Part shown: piece by piece, positions 1-9,400 of the stretch | Layout of the letters: each line of letters opens with the position of its first letter | Position numbering within the stretch: position 1 is the stretch's first letter | DNA from: Candidatus Nanoarchaeia archaeon | GTDB taxonomy: Archaea > Nanobdellota > Nanobdellia > Woesearchaeales > JANQNC01 | Reading direction: 5' to 3' | DNA length: 32,000 nucleotides | Assembly (NCBI GenBank): GCA_028279745.1 | Contig: JANQNC010000001.1 | Location: 1,269,351 to 1,301,350, forward strand | Position numbers and translations under genes: made by a program | Notes under the pieces: generated by a model | Seen by the model: only the letters and a program-made list of their open reading frames with translations | Databases searched by the model: none | Told to the model about the DNA's origin: nothing

Positions 1-89
1 AAAACCCATGGCACCCTGAACTTTTCCAACAGCCTTCCAATACAGATAGTTGAAAGGAAGAAAACCGCTAAAAAAATTATTAAGTTCAT
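1..89 (-). CDS. Membrane protein, 5' fragment only (possibly a cation/proton antiporter family member); runs off the window
   Basis: ATG at 89-87 on the minus strand with GGAGA at 100-96, directly after the stop of the KaiC-like gene. Translation is MNLIIFLAVFFLSTICIGRLLEKFRVPWV: a hydrophobic helix followed by a basic/Pro turn, as in N-termini of Kef/NapA-type antiporters. Only 29 codons are visible, so the family call is a guess. Confidence 0.4.
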   Translation of the reverse strand, partial: MNLIIFLAVFFLSTICIGRLLEKFRVPWV

Positions 90-100
90 CTATATTCTCC

Positions 101-817
101 TTATTTTGTAAACACTGTCTCTTCAGGATAAACCTTTACACCTTTATCAGACAGCTGATAGTATCTTATCTCTTTGTCATGATCCGAACCCCTCATCTTC
201 CTGATTGTTATACCTGAAATAAATTTTCCCTCTTGTCTTACTATGTAAAGCACGATTACACCATCTACTACGAATTCTTCAATACCGTATCTGCTCAGGT
301 CCATAGATCCCTCTTTAGTCTCTGAGATCAGCAGGGAAGTACACTTTAAAGTTGATAGGGTGTTGGCGATCATGGCCAAGGCGTTTCTTCTTTCAGCCTT
401 GTCATCAGAAAGTACAGTCAGTAGGTTGATTGAGTCAACAACAACTCTCTTGATCCCTTTTTCTTTGATAACCTCTTCAATCTCCTCGGCGATATTATCA
501 ACTGTTGCATCAACCTTTTTCATGTACCCGTTTAGTTTAGTTACTGGTCCACCTATGACTGTAAACATATCTGTCTTTTCCAGTTCTTCCAAATCCATGT
601 CTAGATTTTTCATGTCTAAATATAGCTTTTTAGCAGGCTCTTCAAGAGTGATATAAAGTCCAGGCTCCTTAAACTTAACTGCGCCGTTGTATAAAAACTG
701 CATTGCAAGCGTACTTTTTCCAGAGCCGCAAGGTCCCGAGAGCAAGATATTCCTTTCACCAATCAGACCGCCCTTAAGCATGTGGTCCAAGCCTTCAATT
801 CCAGTGGGTATTTTCAT
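101..817 (-). CDS. KaiC-like / RecA-superfamily single-domain ATPase
   Basis: ORF 101..826. Motifs: N-terminal IPTGIEGLDHMLKGG, Walker A GPCGSGKST, Walker B-like RVVVDSIN. The GTG at 826 lies inside AGGTGAT (an SD) and an ATG follows at 817, so 817 is the preferred start (238 aa). Confidence 0.85.
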   Translation of the reverse strand: MKIPTGIEGLDHMLKGGLIGERNILLSGPCGSGKSTLAMQFLYNGAVKFKEPGLYITLEEPAKKLYLDMKNLDMDLEELEKTDMFTVIGGPVTKLNGYMKKVDATVDNIAEEIEEVIKEKGIKRVVVDSINLLTVLSDDKAERRNALAMIANTLSTLKCTSLLISETKEGSMDLSRYGIEEFVVDGVIVLYIVRQEGKFISGITIRKMRGSDHDKEIRYYQLSDKGVKVYPEETVFTK

Positions 818-848
818 TTTTATCACCTATCCCTTAGTCCTTATAATT

Positions 849-1451
849 TTAAGTGCTGGCCGCGCCACCTCTAAGGACATAACGTTTTTTCTTCCCAATA
901 ATAGGGGCAATATGTTTGATAAGATAAAATAGACAGACCCCAAAGATCAGTCCTGAAAAATGGATGAGCGCTTGGCCAAAATAGATTATGAACATATCAT
1001 TAATCCCTTGATGTGCAAAAGTAAGAAAGCTTTTCATAAAGATAAGCACAGTGAGACCTGCTATAACAAGCGCACCGTTAATATTGACTTTCCTCGCTTC
1101 CATGCTTACTAAGCCAAATCCGCCAAGCACAGCATTTGACGCACCAAGTATCGAGAACGGGAACAGCAACCATAGTGGGATTGCAGACAGTAACCCAGAA
1201 GCAAGGTATGTTGAAGAGAAACTATTGAGATTGCTGTTCAGCTCTATAGCTATGAAAGACAGTACGCCAAGACCCACGATATTTTCAACAAGGTGTCCTA
1301 AACTCAGGTGAGCAAATTGGTATGTTATGAACCTCCAGTACTCGTGGAGCATGAAGGGATCTAAAGAAAATCTTTTAGCACTCTCGGGAAGATGAAAGAA
1401 TACAAAATAAACCGCAATAAGAACACCCGAAAACAAAATCAGCTTTTTCAT
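849..1451 (-). CDS. Rhomboid-family intramembrane serine protease
   Basis: 200-aa polytopic ORF with EYWRFITYQFAHLSLGHLVEN (WR..H....H...N), GASNAVLGGFG (GxSx catalytic Ser helix) and ALIHFSGLIFG (catalytic His helix). Its stop lies about 30 nt upstream of the KaiC-like start, so the two are probably co-transcribed. Confidence 0.85.
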   Translation of the reverse strand: MKKLILFSGVLIAVYFVFFHLPESAKRFSLDPFMLHEYWRFITYQFAHLSLGHLVENIVGLGVLSFIAIELNSNLNSFSSTYLASGLLSAIPLWLLFPFSILGASNAVLGGFGLVSMEARKVNINGALVIAGLTVLIFMKSFLTFAHQGINDMFIIYFGQALIHFSGLIFGVCLFYLIKHIAPIIGKKKRYVLRGGAAST

Positions 1452-1465
1452 TTTTTCTCATTTTT

Positions 1466-1582
1466 TTATCTGTTTCTTAAGACAAACCGTTTCATATTAT
1501 TTTTTGATCTTCTTATGATAGCTCCTAAAATAATCCCTGCTGCAATGATGCTGGTTCCTATGCTGAGCTCAAAAAAATCCAT
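1466..1582 (-). CDS. Possible 38-aa single-pass membrane peptide (below the ORF-track cutoff)
   Basis: ATG at 1582, TAA at 1468-1466. Translation is MDFFELSIGTSIIAAGIILGAIIRRSKNNMKRFVLRNR: one hydrophobic helix plus a basic tail. It ends 14 nt before the rhomboid start. No clear SD. Confidence 0.25.
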   Translation of the reverse strand: MDFFELSIGTSIIAAGIILGAIIRRSKNNMKRFVLRNR

Positions 1583-1869
1583 GTTATCAGTTTCTTTTTT
1601 TAGTTATAAATAATTTTTTTATTAACGCTGAGAGGAGAACAGGCAGCTTATCCCAGAAGAATTCAAAAAATGATTTAAACTGGATTTTTTTTTATTGTAG
1701 TATGGCAGATAAGACATTCTCATCGCTGAAACAGAAAAGGTAAGAACATCAGACTGTAAAGGGGTTCCATTGACAAATAGTATGTCTCTGACGACAAAAT
1801 TACTGGCGAAAATACAAGCTGGAAAACAGCGACTATAATGATTCTAATTCGTTTAGCAGATCATGACGT

Positions 1870-3093
1870 TTATCTAAACACTTTTTTTATCTTTTCTTCT
1901 TTTTTGATCGATTTAGATATTGAGTTAGGTATGATCTTTATTATCCTTGGATTTTTCTTTACTAATTCCTTGATGTTCTTCTTTACAAGGATGGAAGCTA
2001 TACCTCCTGATTTTCCCCTAAAAGTTTTCAGAAGGGAGTTCAACAGATCGTTCCTGTCCTTCAAGCCAACACGCATGTTTTCAAAAGAGTTTGCCAGTTC
2101 TCCAACTTCATCTTTTGAATCTATCTTACACGTAGTATTAAGTTTACCTTTACTTATCTTTTTTGTAACTTCAGTCAGTTTTTGCAGCGGCTTAGATACT
2201 GAGTTAGCGATATAAGCACCCAACACAGTAGATGCTAAGAAAGACACTATTATAACTCCTAATAAGGTATAATAAGTAGTCCTTGATAATGATTCATTTT
2301 CATACTTGATGCTGGAAGTCATTTTTTCTTCGTCAAGTTCCAGCTTTTTAATTATCTCTGTAAGATGTTCTATCTTTTCTCGTTCATCGACTTCAATCCT
2401 TTTCTGTTCTATCACGATCTTTCCTATTTCGGGAGCTAGCTCACCGTATGAGTTAAGGACGATTAGAAAAGATTCTTTCTCTAATCTTGAAATGTTAGCT
2501 TGTCTTAAGTCCTCTTTAACGATTTCAATGCTGTTTACCCATTTGTCTAGGTGAGTCTTATCTTGGTACTGGAATAAAGTCTCTTTACTGTAATACTCCA
2601 TAAGCGCGATGTCCCCTCTTAGTTTAATATCGTCGATTAGCTCCAAAGAGTTACGTATAGAATGTCTTGATTCTTTCTCAAATACGTATTTTTCTGCAAA
2701 CTCTTCTTGTTGGGTAAGCTTTTTCTTTTGGACATTGATTATATCATCAGAAACTTCTGAAAATTCAGCGATGTCCTCCTCAAAAGTGTCTGAGAGAGAA
2801 TTTATCAGCTCTTTATTCTTTTTGTACAGAGAATCAAACTCAATCCTTATTTGCTCTATCTCTGATCTCATCCTGTAATACTCGTCCAGGTCGTGGGTTT
2901 CTATCAGTTGCAAGACTTGTACCAGAGAGTCATCTAGTAGTTTTTCAATCTCAATGATCTCAATTACAACCTGATCATTTTTTTGGATGGTGTTTGATGT
3001 TGTAAACCCAAAGATACCTACAAATATCAAAAGAAAGGTGATCAAAAGAAAGCTGATAATAAGTTTTATTCCTATCCTCATTTTATTGCACAT
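1870..3093 (-). CDS. Membrane protein with a helical extracytoplasmic region and a HAMP domain; no recognisable output domain
   Basis: 407-aa ORF. TM1 is IKLIISFLLITFLLIFVGIFGF, followed by about 270 aa of charged helical sequence. TM2 is YYTLLGVIIVSFLASTVLGAYIA. HAMP-like NSVSKPLQKLTEVTKKISKGKL...DEVGELANSFENMRVGL is followed by only about 60 basic residues. The start could also be the ATG at 3081 (MRIGIK). Confidence 0.7.
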   Translation of the reverse strand: MCNKMRIGIKLIISFLLITFLLIFVGIFGFTTSNTIQKNDQVVIEIIEIEKLLDDSLVQVLQLIETHDLDEYYRMRSEIEQIRIEFDSLYKKNKELINSLSDTFEEDIAEFSEVSDDIINVQKKKLTQQEEFAEKYVFEKESRHSIRNSLELIDDIKLRGDIALMEYYSKETLFQYQDKTHLDKWVNSIEIVKEDLRQANISRLEKESFLIVLNSYGELAPEIGKIVIEQKRIEVDEREKIEHLTEIIKKLELDEEKMTSSIKYENESLSRTTYYTLLGVIIVSFLASTVLGAYIANSVSKPLQKLTEVTKKISKGKLNTTCKIDSKDEVGELANSFENMRVGLKDRNDLLNSLLKTFRGKSGGIASILVKKNIKELVKKNPRIIKIIPNSISKSIKKEEKIKKVFR

Positions 3094-3281
3094 TAGAAGT
3101 TTTAGTTTATTTTTTTATATTCTTTTTTTATACTGTTGTATGAGATGTTATCTTTATCTTTACGAAAAGGATAAACTTCGGGAAGGAGATTAAGATAAAA
3201 CTACTAATCAGTATATATTAGATTAAACTATTTTTCTTTTTTTGTTCTTTTTATAAAAAAACTTTTATTTTAACTATATGA

Positions 3282-3290
3282 TTTATAAAA
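3282..3290 (+). promoter_or_regulatory. TATA-like box (TTTATAAAA) upstream of the first FAD-oxidoreductase gene
   Basis: The box is centred about 27 nt upstream of the ATG at 3313 in an AT-rich divergent intergenic region. This spacing would give a leaderless or near-leaderless transcript, and no SD is visible. Confidence 0.3.
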
Positions 3291-3312
3291 GGATAAATCA
3301 GAACTATAACTG

Positions 3313-4515
3313 ATGCAGAAAAAATATGATGTAGTGATTGTAGGAGCAGGTCTTGCAGGGTTGAGTGTTGCACAAGAGCTGCAAAACAGGAATGTGTCCT
3401 TTATCGTTGTTGAAGGCAGTAAAAAATTTGGTCATAGGCATCATATCGGAATTTTTAACAGTCAGGTGAAGAAGTTCAATCTTGAAAGCTGTGTAGTCAA
3501 CAGGTTGAGGAGATTTACCTTTTTAACACCTGCCAAGTCATTTGTACATCTATTCGGAAGAAAAGAAGGGATATCATATGTTGACCTTAATAAGTTGAGT
3601 TCTATCATTGATAAACGGATCAAGGGAAAAATAAGATTCAATACCTGGATAAAGGATATATGTTATGTGGGTGGTGAGCTATGTCTGGTGGATGAAAATA
3701 AAAATAACATTTTTGCAAAGATGGTGATAGACTGCAGCGGAAAAGGTTCTTCCATCTCTTCAAAGATGGGGGTAGAGGGAAGCGATATTTATTGTAAGAC
3801 CCTATCGTATACGTTAGATAATTGCAGTGCAAAAGATAAATCTAATTCGATCACTTTTCTTGATTCATCTCTCACTAGTTCGGGCGGAGCTTGGATCGTC
3901 CCATTAAAAGGAACCAAGTTCCATGTAGGGATAAGCAACATGTTCCCATATAATAAACCTGGGCGGGAAGAGCTTGAAAAGAAGCTAAACCTGTTTTTGA
4001 TAAAAAAAGAGATACATGGTGTAGATTTTAGAAGGTCAAGAAGGATAACTAAAAAGATCTTTAAGGACTCTCCAGCTATAAGGCCCGCAAAAAGATTTGT
4101 AAAAGATAATCTTATATTACTGGGAGATTCTGCAGGGCAGCCTTCCTCCTTTTTTGGTATGGGGAGTCCCGCGATATTAGATATGGCGCGTGTGGCTGCA
4201 GGTATTGTGGAAGAAGCTGTTAAAAAGGATGATTTCTCAAGATCGCAGCTTTCAAGTTATGAAACGTACTGGAAAAAAAATTTTGGAAGATATGAGTTTT
4301 TTAATGGAGTCCTTAGAGAGATAGTTATGCGGCTGTTTGACGATGAAGCCTGGGACCTGATGATAGATAAGCTAAACTCTTTATCAGGCAAAGAATTCTT
4401 TGAAGTCCTTAAATCAAATTATACCCTGGGCATATTGTTTAAGCTGTCCTCTTTCCGATTGGCTATTAAGCTATTCTCAAATTTTATAGAGGTGGTCTAT
4501 GACAGGAGAGTATGA
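3313..4515 (+). CDS. FAD-dependent oxidoreductase, geranylgeranyl reductase (GGR)-like
   Basis: 400 aa. N-terminal dinucleotide-binding motif KYDVVIVGAGLAGLSVA, GGAWIVPLKGTKFHVG (resembles the GGR YxWxFP region) and LLGDSAGQPSSFFGMGS (GDxAG FAD motif). Confidence 0.75.
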   Translation: MQKKYDVVIVGAGLAGLSVAQELQNRNVSFIVVEGSKKFGHRHHIGIFNSQVKKFNLESCVVNRLRRFTFLTPAKSFVHLFGRKEGISYVDLNKLSSIIDKRIKGKIRFNTWIKDICYVGGELCLVDENKNNIFAKMVIDCSGKGSSISSKMGVEGSDIYCKTLSYTLDNCSAKDKSNSITFLDSSLTSSGGAWIVPLKGTKFHVGISNMFPYNKPGREELEKKLNLFLIKKEIHGVDFRRSRRITKKIFKDSPAIRPAKRFVKDNLILLGDSAGQPSSFFGMGSPAILDMARVAAGIVEEAVKKDDFSRSQLSSYETYWKKNFGRYEFFNGVLREIVMRLFDDEAWDLMIDKLNSLSGKEFFEVLKSNYTLGILFKLSSFRLAIKLFSNFIEVVYDRRV

Positions 4516-5716
4516 TATAGTCGTAGTGGGCGGAGGCCCTGCAGGGTTGAGCTCAGCTTTGGAGCTAGGCAACAAGAAAGGACTCAAAGTTTTGCTTATA
4601 GAGAAAAACAGGATAGGCGTATCTACAAAAACAACTTCTATCTGGAAAAATCAGCTAAGAAAGTTTGATCTACAAAAGTGTGCATACAACAACACTGAAA
4701 CTTTTAGCGTTGCTTCGTCTGTAGATAGTATGAGGTCAACACATAGGGGAGATATGAGCATGGTAGACCTATCTAAAGCCCTAAACAGCCTTAAGAAAAG
4801 GATAAAAAATTGCGAAATTAGGGAAAACACCGAGCTTAAAAACTTCAGCTATGTAGACGGAGGATTATCGCTTGATACTAACAAAGGAGAGATAAAAACC
4901 AAGTTACTCATAGACGCTTCAGGTTACAAAGGAGTATCAACAAAAAAATTTGGTCTTCAGAAAAACATGTTTTTCTACCAGTGCTACGCTATGGAGTGTA
5001 AAGTCCCTGATTATGATACTGATTCAGTCCTGCTTTGGGACCTTTTCGATAAAACAAAAAAAACCAGCTTCTGGATAGATGTCTTTTCGAAAAGAGATAT
5101 TGTAGTTGGTGTGATGATGATAAGAAAGAGAAAGTGTTCTTATGAAAAATTGGAAAAAGAATTAAGAAGATACATAAAAAAGAAAAAGATAGTTTGCAAC
5201 CCCATAGGGAAAAGGTGGGGTATCCTGCCCATGTATAACTTTGAAAAGGCATATTTTGAAAGGGTCTTGCTGGTTGGAGATGCTGCATCACAGGTGATAC
5301 CTGGCAGCGGATACGGGTTTATGTCTGCTCTAAAAAATGGAAAGATAGCAGGCAAGGTTGCGTATAAAGCGATAAAAAAAGGTAACTGCAGCGAGGTATT
5401 TCTTAAATTGTATTCAAAACTGTGGAAGTCAGGAAAGATAAGAAAGTATGACCTTAATGCACTTTTACTTTTCCTGGAAACCAAGATGACTCCTGCAGAG
5501 ACCGCTGCCAACGTAAAGATAATGAACCATCTATGTGACAAGGATGCAAAAGATATACTTACAGATGTACATGATATCAAGCTTATGGCAAAGGAACTGT
5601 TCTGGGCGTTTAAGGAGATACCTATACTAAAAATATTCAAACGATTTACGCTTAGGGACTATCCTGTATTTTTTGGTTTGGTCTTAAAGATTGTCAAGGA
5701 CATGGTCTGGTTTTAA
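4499..5716 (+). CDS. FAD-dependent oxidoreductase, divergent GGR / lycopene-cyclase-like family, paralogue A
   Basis: 405 aa with EYDIVVVGGGPAGLSSA and LVGDAASQVIPGSGYGF. SD-like GAGGTGG lies just upstream. There is a 17-nt overlap with the preceding gene. Confidence 0.75.
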   Translation: MTGEYDIVVVGGGPAGLSSALELGNKKGLKVLLIEKNRIGVSTKTTSIWKNQLRKFDLQKCAYNNTETFSVASSVDSMRSTHRGDMSMVDLSKALNSLKKRIKNCEIRENTELKNFSYVDGGLSLDTNKGEIKTKLLIDASGYKGVSTKKFGLQKNMFFYQCYAMECKVPDYDTDSVLLWDLFDKTKKTSFWIDVFSKRDIVVGVMMIRKRKCSYEKLEKELRRYIKKKKIVCNPIGKRWGILPMYNFEKAYFERVLLVGDAASQVIPGSGYGFMSALKNGKIAGKVAYKAIKKGNCSEVFLKLYSKLWKSGKIRKYDLNALLLFLETKMTPAETAANVKIMNHLCDKDAKDILTDVHDIKLMAKELFWAFKEIPILKIFKRFTLRDYPVFFGLVLKIVKDMVWF

Positions 5717-5718
5717 AA

Positions 5719-6972
5719 ATGAAAGAATACGATGTTGTGATAGCAGGAGGGGGTCCCGCAGGATTGAGCGCTGCGATGGAGATCGATAAATGTGAAGATA
5801 TACGTTCACTTATACTAGAGAAGGGCAAGATCAATGTTTCTAAGAAATCAATATGTGTCTGGAAACATCAGCTTAAAGATTGGGATGTTGAGGACTGTAT
5901 CGACAATGAGCCAAGACTAATCAGCATAGGTTCATCTGTCAGCAATGAATTCTCGATCCACAAAGGAGTGATGGCCGTGTTGAATGTTAACAAGATGCTG
6001 GAGAAATTCAGTAAAAGAATCAAAAAGTGTGAAGTTAAGCAGAATACCCGTCTGAACAGCTTTTATTATGTGGGTGATGGGCTTATCTTAAAAACGACCA
6101 GAGGAAAGATAAAAACAAAATTATTGATTGATGCAGCAGGCTATAAAAGCCCAGCTGTAAAGAAGTTCGGCTTGCAAAAAGACAATTTTTTTTATCAGTG
6201 TTTTGTAGTCGATTGTAAAGTTTCTGAGTATGACAAGATGAACGTTCAACTGCTCTGGGAAATAATAGATTGGAAAAAAAAGGAAAACTTTTGGATAGAG
6301 GCACATTCAAAAAATTCGATCTCTATCGGTGTAATGACTGTGAGGAAAAAGAGATGTTCCTACGGATACCTCAAATCAAGAATTTTTGAGTATATAAAAA
6401 AAAAGAAAATCAAATGCACCCCCTGTGATTATAAGTGGGGGGTCTTGCCTATGTATAACTTTGAGAAGACATATTTTAACAGGGTCCTGTTAGCGGGAGA
6501 TTCTGCTTCACAGGTTTTGCCTAGCAGCGGGTACGGCTGTGCGGCAGCACTAAGAAACGGGAGACTTGCAGGAAAAACATGCATCCGAGCTTTGCGCGAG
6601 GGAGACTATAGTGAGAAGTACCTTAAGTTTTACTCAAAAGCATGGAAGCACAGTGTAATATGTAAGTATGACTTGAATGCGATCTTTCTGCTTATCCAGA
6701 GCAGGATGACTGCATCCGAAACAGAAGCATACATAAAGTTAGTGCAACAACTTGACAACAGATCATATAGAGAAGCGCTGACAGGTTCAGGAAGACCTTC
6801 GCTTTTATTAATCGAATTTTATCTTTTTTTAAAAGAATTCCCTATATTAAATGTGATAAAGAGGCTAAAAGTTAAAGATTATCTAAAATTGTTTGCTTTG
6901 ACCCTGCGCCTGGTAAAAGATTCTTTCTACGAAACTTATCATAACCTAATGGGGACTAACTGGCTGAAGTGA
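5719..6972 (+). CDS. FAD-dependent oxidoreductase, divergent GGR / lycopene-cyclase-like family, paralogue B
   Basis: 417 aa with EYDVVIAGGGPAGLSAA and LAGDSASQVLPSSGYGC. It starts 2 nt after the previous stop and is clearly paralogous to 4499..5716 (for example KTKLLIDAAGYKSPAVKKFGLQKDNFFYQCF). Confidence 0.75.
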   Translation: MKEYDVVIAGGGPAGLSAAMEIDKCEDIRSLILEKGKINVSKKSICVWKHQLKDWDVEDCIDNEPRLISIGSSVSNEFSIHKGVMAVLNVNKMLEKFSKRIKKCEVKQNTRLNSFYYVGDGLILKTTRGKIKTKLLIDAAGYKSPAVKKFGLQKDNFFYQCFVVDCKVSEYDKMNVQLLWEIIDWKKKENFWIEAHSKNSISIGVMTVRKKRCSYGYLKSRIFEYIKKKKIKCTPCDYKWGVLPMYNFEKTYFNRVLLAGDSASQVLPSSGYGCAAALRNGRLAGKTCIRALREGDYSEKYLKFYSKAWKHSVICKYDLNAIFLLIQSRMTASETEAYIKLVQQLDNRSYREALTGSGRPSLLLIEFYLFLKEFPILNVIKRLKVKDYLKLFALTLRLVKDSFYETYHNLMGTNWLK

Positions 6973-6996
6973 TCTATTATAAACAACATAGCAAAG

Positions 6997-7003
6997 TATA
7001 AAA
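6997..7003 (+). promoter_or_regulatory. TATA-like box (TATAAAA) upstream of the 790-aa gene
   Basis: Centred about 28 nt upstream of the ATG at 7028, with no SD between. This is consistent with a separate leaderless transcript starting at or near the ATG. Confidence 0.3.
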
Positions 7004-7027
7004 CTGACTTATAAAATAAATACTCCT

Positions 7028-9400
7028 ATGGATACTGATCTTTATTGGGAAGAAGAGGTAGCAAGCAGCGGGTTCAATTATTTCTTTGATTATGTTATAT
7101 ACAAGCTGAAGGAGAAAAATTCTTTAGTCGGGGAAAAAGAGATCGTTGAACAGACCCTGGAAAAATTATATGCAAAACTCAACCTGACAACTGATCCAGA
7201 AAAGAAAAAGCTGTATGATCTCTTATTTGACCCAAGAGAATATTCAAAAAAGTATTCAAAGAAGGCATCTTTCTGTTTAGCAAACAGGATGATAAGCTCT
7301 TTAGAAGAAATTGTGGGTGATGCAAATTTTGCTGAGAACGTGGCACTTCATGTGATCAATGGGAAATCCAGGAGCCAATACAAGCTCGAGATACAAACTA
7401 ACCAGTTAGATACAGTCGGCAGGATTGCCAGAAGAGTGAATATGTTCTTCACTGAGAAGCTTAGCGGTGTTCTATTAAAAACATATATGGTGTTTACTAA
7501 AAATAAATATGAGTTTCTGTTGAATGTTGTAAAGAAAGCGCTGAAGGATATATTTCCTTCAGTCAACCTGGAGATTGAGTTCCATAAGAAACATGCTAAA
7601 CTGAACTATAGTTATAATGATGATAGTAAAATGAAATATCATAGCGTGGGCATAGAAAACTCTTTCATAAGGCAGGTCCAGCACACGCCCTTGGTGGTGG
7701 GTCTCCCGAGTTTTAAGGCTAAACTGATCAAGTCAATAACAAGAGGAGATGATAAGACTGTTGTCAGGATGGACTATGTAGAAAGGGGACGAGACACGAT
7801 CGAAGGTCTGCTATTGAAGATAGAAGAGCAGAAAGCTGCAAAACAGGTTATAGAAGAAAAGAACAGGGAAAATGAACTTTTAGTCAAAGAGTTAAGCGAC
7901 AGTTCAACCTATATAATCGCGGGTAAGATCGCTAGGGCGTTTGCTTACTCAAACCAGTACGAGTTATTCTTATGTGCGGGAAATTTTGATGCCGCAAAAA
8001 ATTCATTGAAGGAGGCCCAATCAATGTTTCAAGAAGCAGTTACAGATTATGTATCTGTAGATAAGGCATATACAGATGTAAGAAAGACTGATTTTGATTT
8101 TGAAAGAATATTGGGGGATTTTGTTGCAGTATCAGCACAAGCAAAACTTGCAGGCGCTACTGTGAGCTCCTTAAAAATGAAGAAGGTGAGAGGGAGTAAT
8201 AAAGCAGTCATTATTGAGAGAAGGACAGATCCTCTACAGATCGAAGGTGAGAGGTCTTGGATAAAAGACTATCGTAAGTTTGACAGGGGAGAGGATGAGA
8301 ATAATGTCATAAACTATCTTAAGAGAAATTTTTCAGACGACCCTATACTTAAATTTCCCTCTTTTCATCTCTTTATACGCCTGGAGAGAAATCCTGCGAT
8401 GGGGATAAAGGAGGATAAAGCTTTAGCTCTGACTACTGAGAGGAACGAGTCAGAGGTTGATACGCTTTACGATGAAGTTTTAGATGCTGCCAACGCAGAA
8501 GAAAGGTTCTCTTTGCTTGAAAAGAAAGTAGACCTGATAGCTAGATGTGCTGCAGTGGGTCCTTGGCATATAGTAAGAGAAGGAAAGACCCTTCTTCTTG
8601 AAGAGGATTATTTTAACTTTCTAAGGTCAGAGTTTGATGGCATAGACATATCTTCGATCTTTGCATACTTAGAACCTGTGGTGTCTGCTTTATCAAAGTA
8701 TCCTATCAGGGGCTATTTTAGAGATAATAATCTGGGCAATTTTTACAACGATGAGATGTTTGATTTTGACACTGCACTGATAACCACACCTCTTGCTGAT
8801 CATGCGAAATTCTTGAATCATGTAAGGCTGTCTGAAGATCGGGAGCGATCAAGAGCGTTTAAAGAGAAATTTTTGGATGATGTGTTAAAAGCATATAATA
8901 GAGAAGCAAAAGATCTGTTGCATAAGAAGCTTGTTCAGGTCGATCTTAAAAGCTTGTTGCTTAAAAAGATAGATGTCTATTCAAGAAGGTTATACTTGGG
9001 AAGTGACGCCATGTCTGATGCTGTTAAAGCTCTGCAATCATATCCTTTTTCCAGCATCCGAGGAGGTATCGAGATCCTTAAAGGAGAGCTTGAGTCAGGC
9101 TCAAGATTAGAACCATACCTGGAAGGTATCATTGAGGATATTGAAGAAGCGAAGTTTATCTTTTATAATGAGACAATCTTCACAAGTTGTCTTGCAAAAA
9201 TACCCTATCACCTGAACTTGTATGGAAAAGGGGTCTCTGAGTGGATCGAAGATGCGGCAGATGCAGTTGACCAGATAGGGCAGGAAAGATTTGAAGAATA
9301 CCGTAAGAAATATTATCCAGGTGGAGATAAAGCGTCATCAAAGAAGCTTTGTGGTCTAAAGAAAAGGTTGGAGTCGTTGGAGAATGATCTATCAAAATAA
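7028..9400 (+). CDS. Hypothetical cytoplasmic protein, 790 aa, no recognisable domain
   Basis: Long uninterrupted ORF with coding-like, charged, helix-rich composition. I could identify no signal peptide, TM segment, P-loop or metal-binding motif. Its 3' end overlaps the PHP gene by 17 nt. Confidence 0.8.
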   Translation: MDTDLYWEEEVASSGFNYFFDYVIYKLKEKNSLVGEKEIVEQTLEKLYAKLNLTTDPEKKKLYDLLFDPREYSKKYSKKASFCLANRMISSLEEIVGDANFAENVALHVINGKSRSQYKLEIQTNQLDTVGRIARRVNMFFTEKLSGVLLKTYMVFTKNKYEFLLNVVKKALKDIFPSVNLEIEFHKKHAKLNYSYNDDSKMKYHSVGIENSFIRQVQHTPLVVGLPSFKAKLIKSITRGDDKTVVRMDYVERGRDTIEGLLLKIEEQKAAKQVIEEKNRENELLVKELSDSSTYIIAGKIARAFAYSNQYELFLCAGNFDAAKNSLKEAQSMFQEAVTDYVSVDKAYTDVRKTDFDFERILGDFVAVSAQAKLAGATVSSLKMKKVRGSNKAVIIERRTDPLQIEGERSWIKDYRKFDRGEDENNVINYLKRNFSDDPILKFPSFHLFIRLERNPAMGIKEDKALALTTERNESEVDTLYDEVLDAANAEERFSLLEKKVDLIARCAAVGPWHIVREGKTLLLEEDYFNFLRSEFDGIDISSIFAYLEPVVSALSKYPIRGYFRDNNLGNFYNDEMFDFDTALITTPLADHAKFLNHVRLSEDRERSRAFKEKFLDDVLKAYNREAKDLLHKKLVQVDLKSLLLKKIDVYSRRLYLGSDAMSDAVKALQSYPFSSIRGGIEILKGELESGSRLEPYLEGIIEDIEEAKFIFYNETIFTSCLAKIPYHLNLYGKGVSEWIEDAADAVDQIGQERFEEYRKKYYPGGDKASSKKLCGLKKRLESLENDLSK

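Noticed and set aside
3313-4515. Flavin-dependent halogenase assignment for the first flavoprotein
   Set aside because: The halogenase WxWxIP motif is not present (the sequence is GAWIVP with a single Trp). The overall motif order fits GGR-type reductases better.
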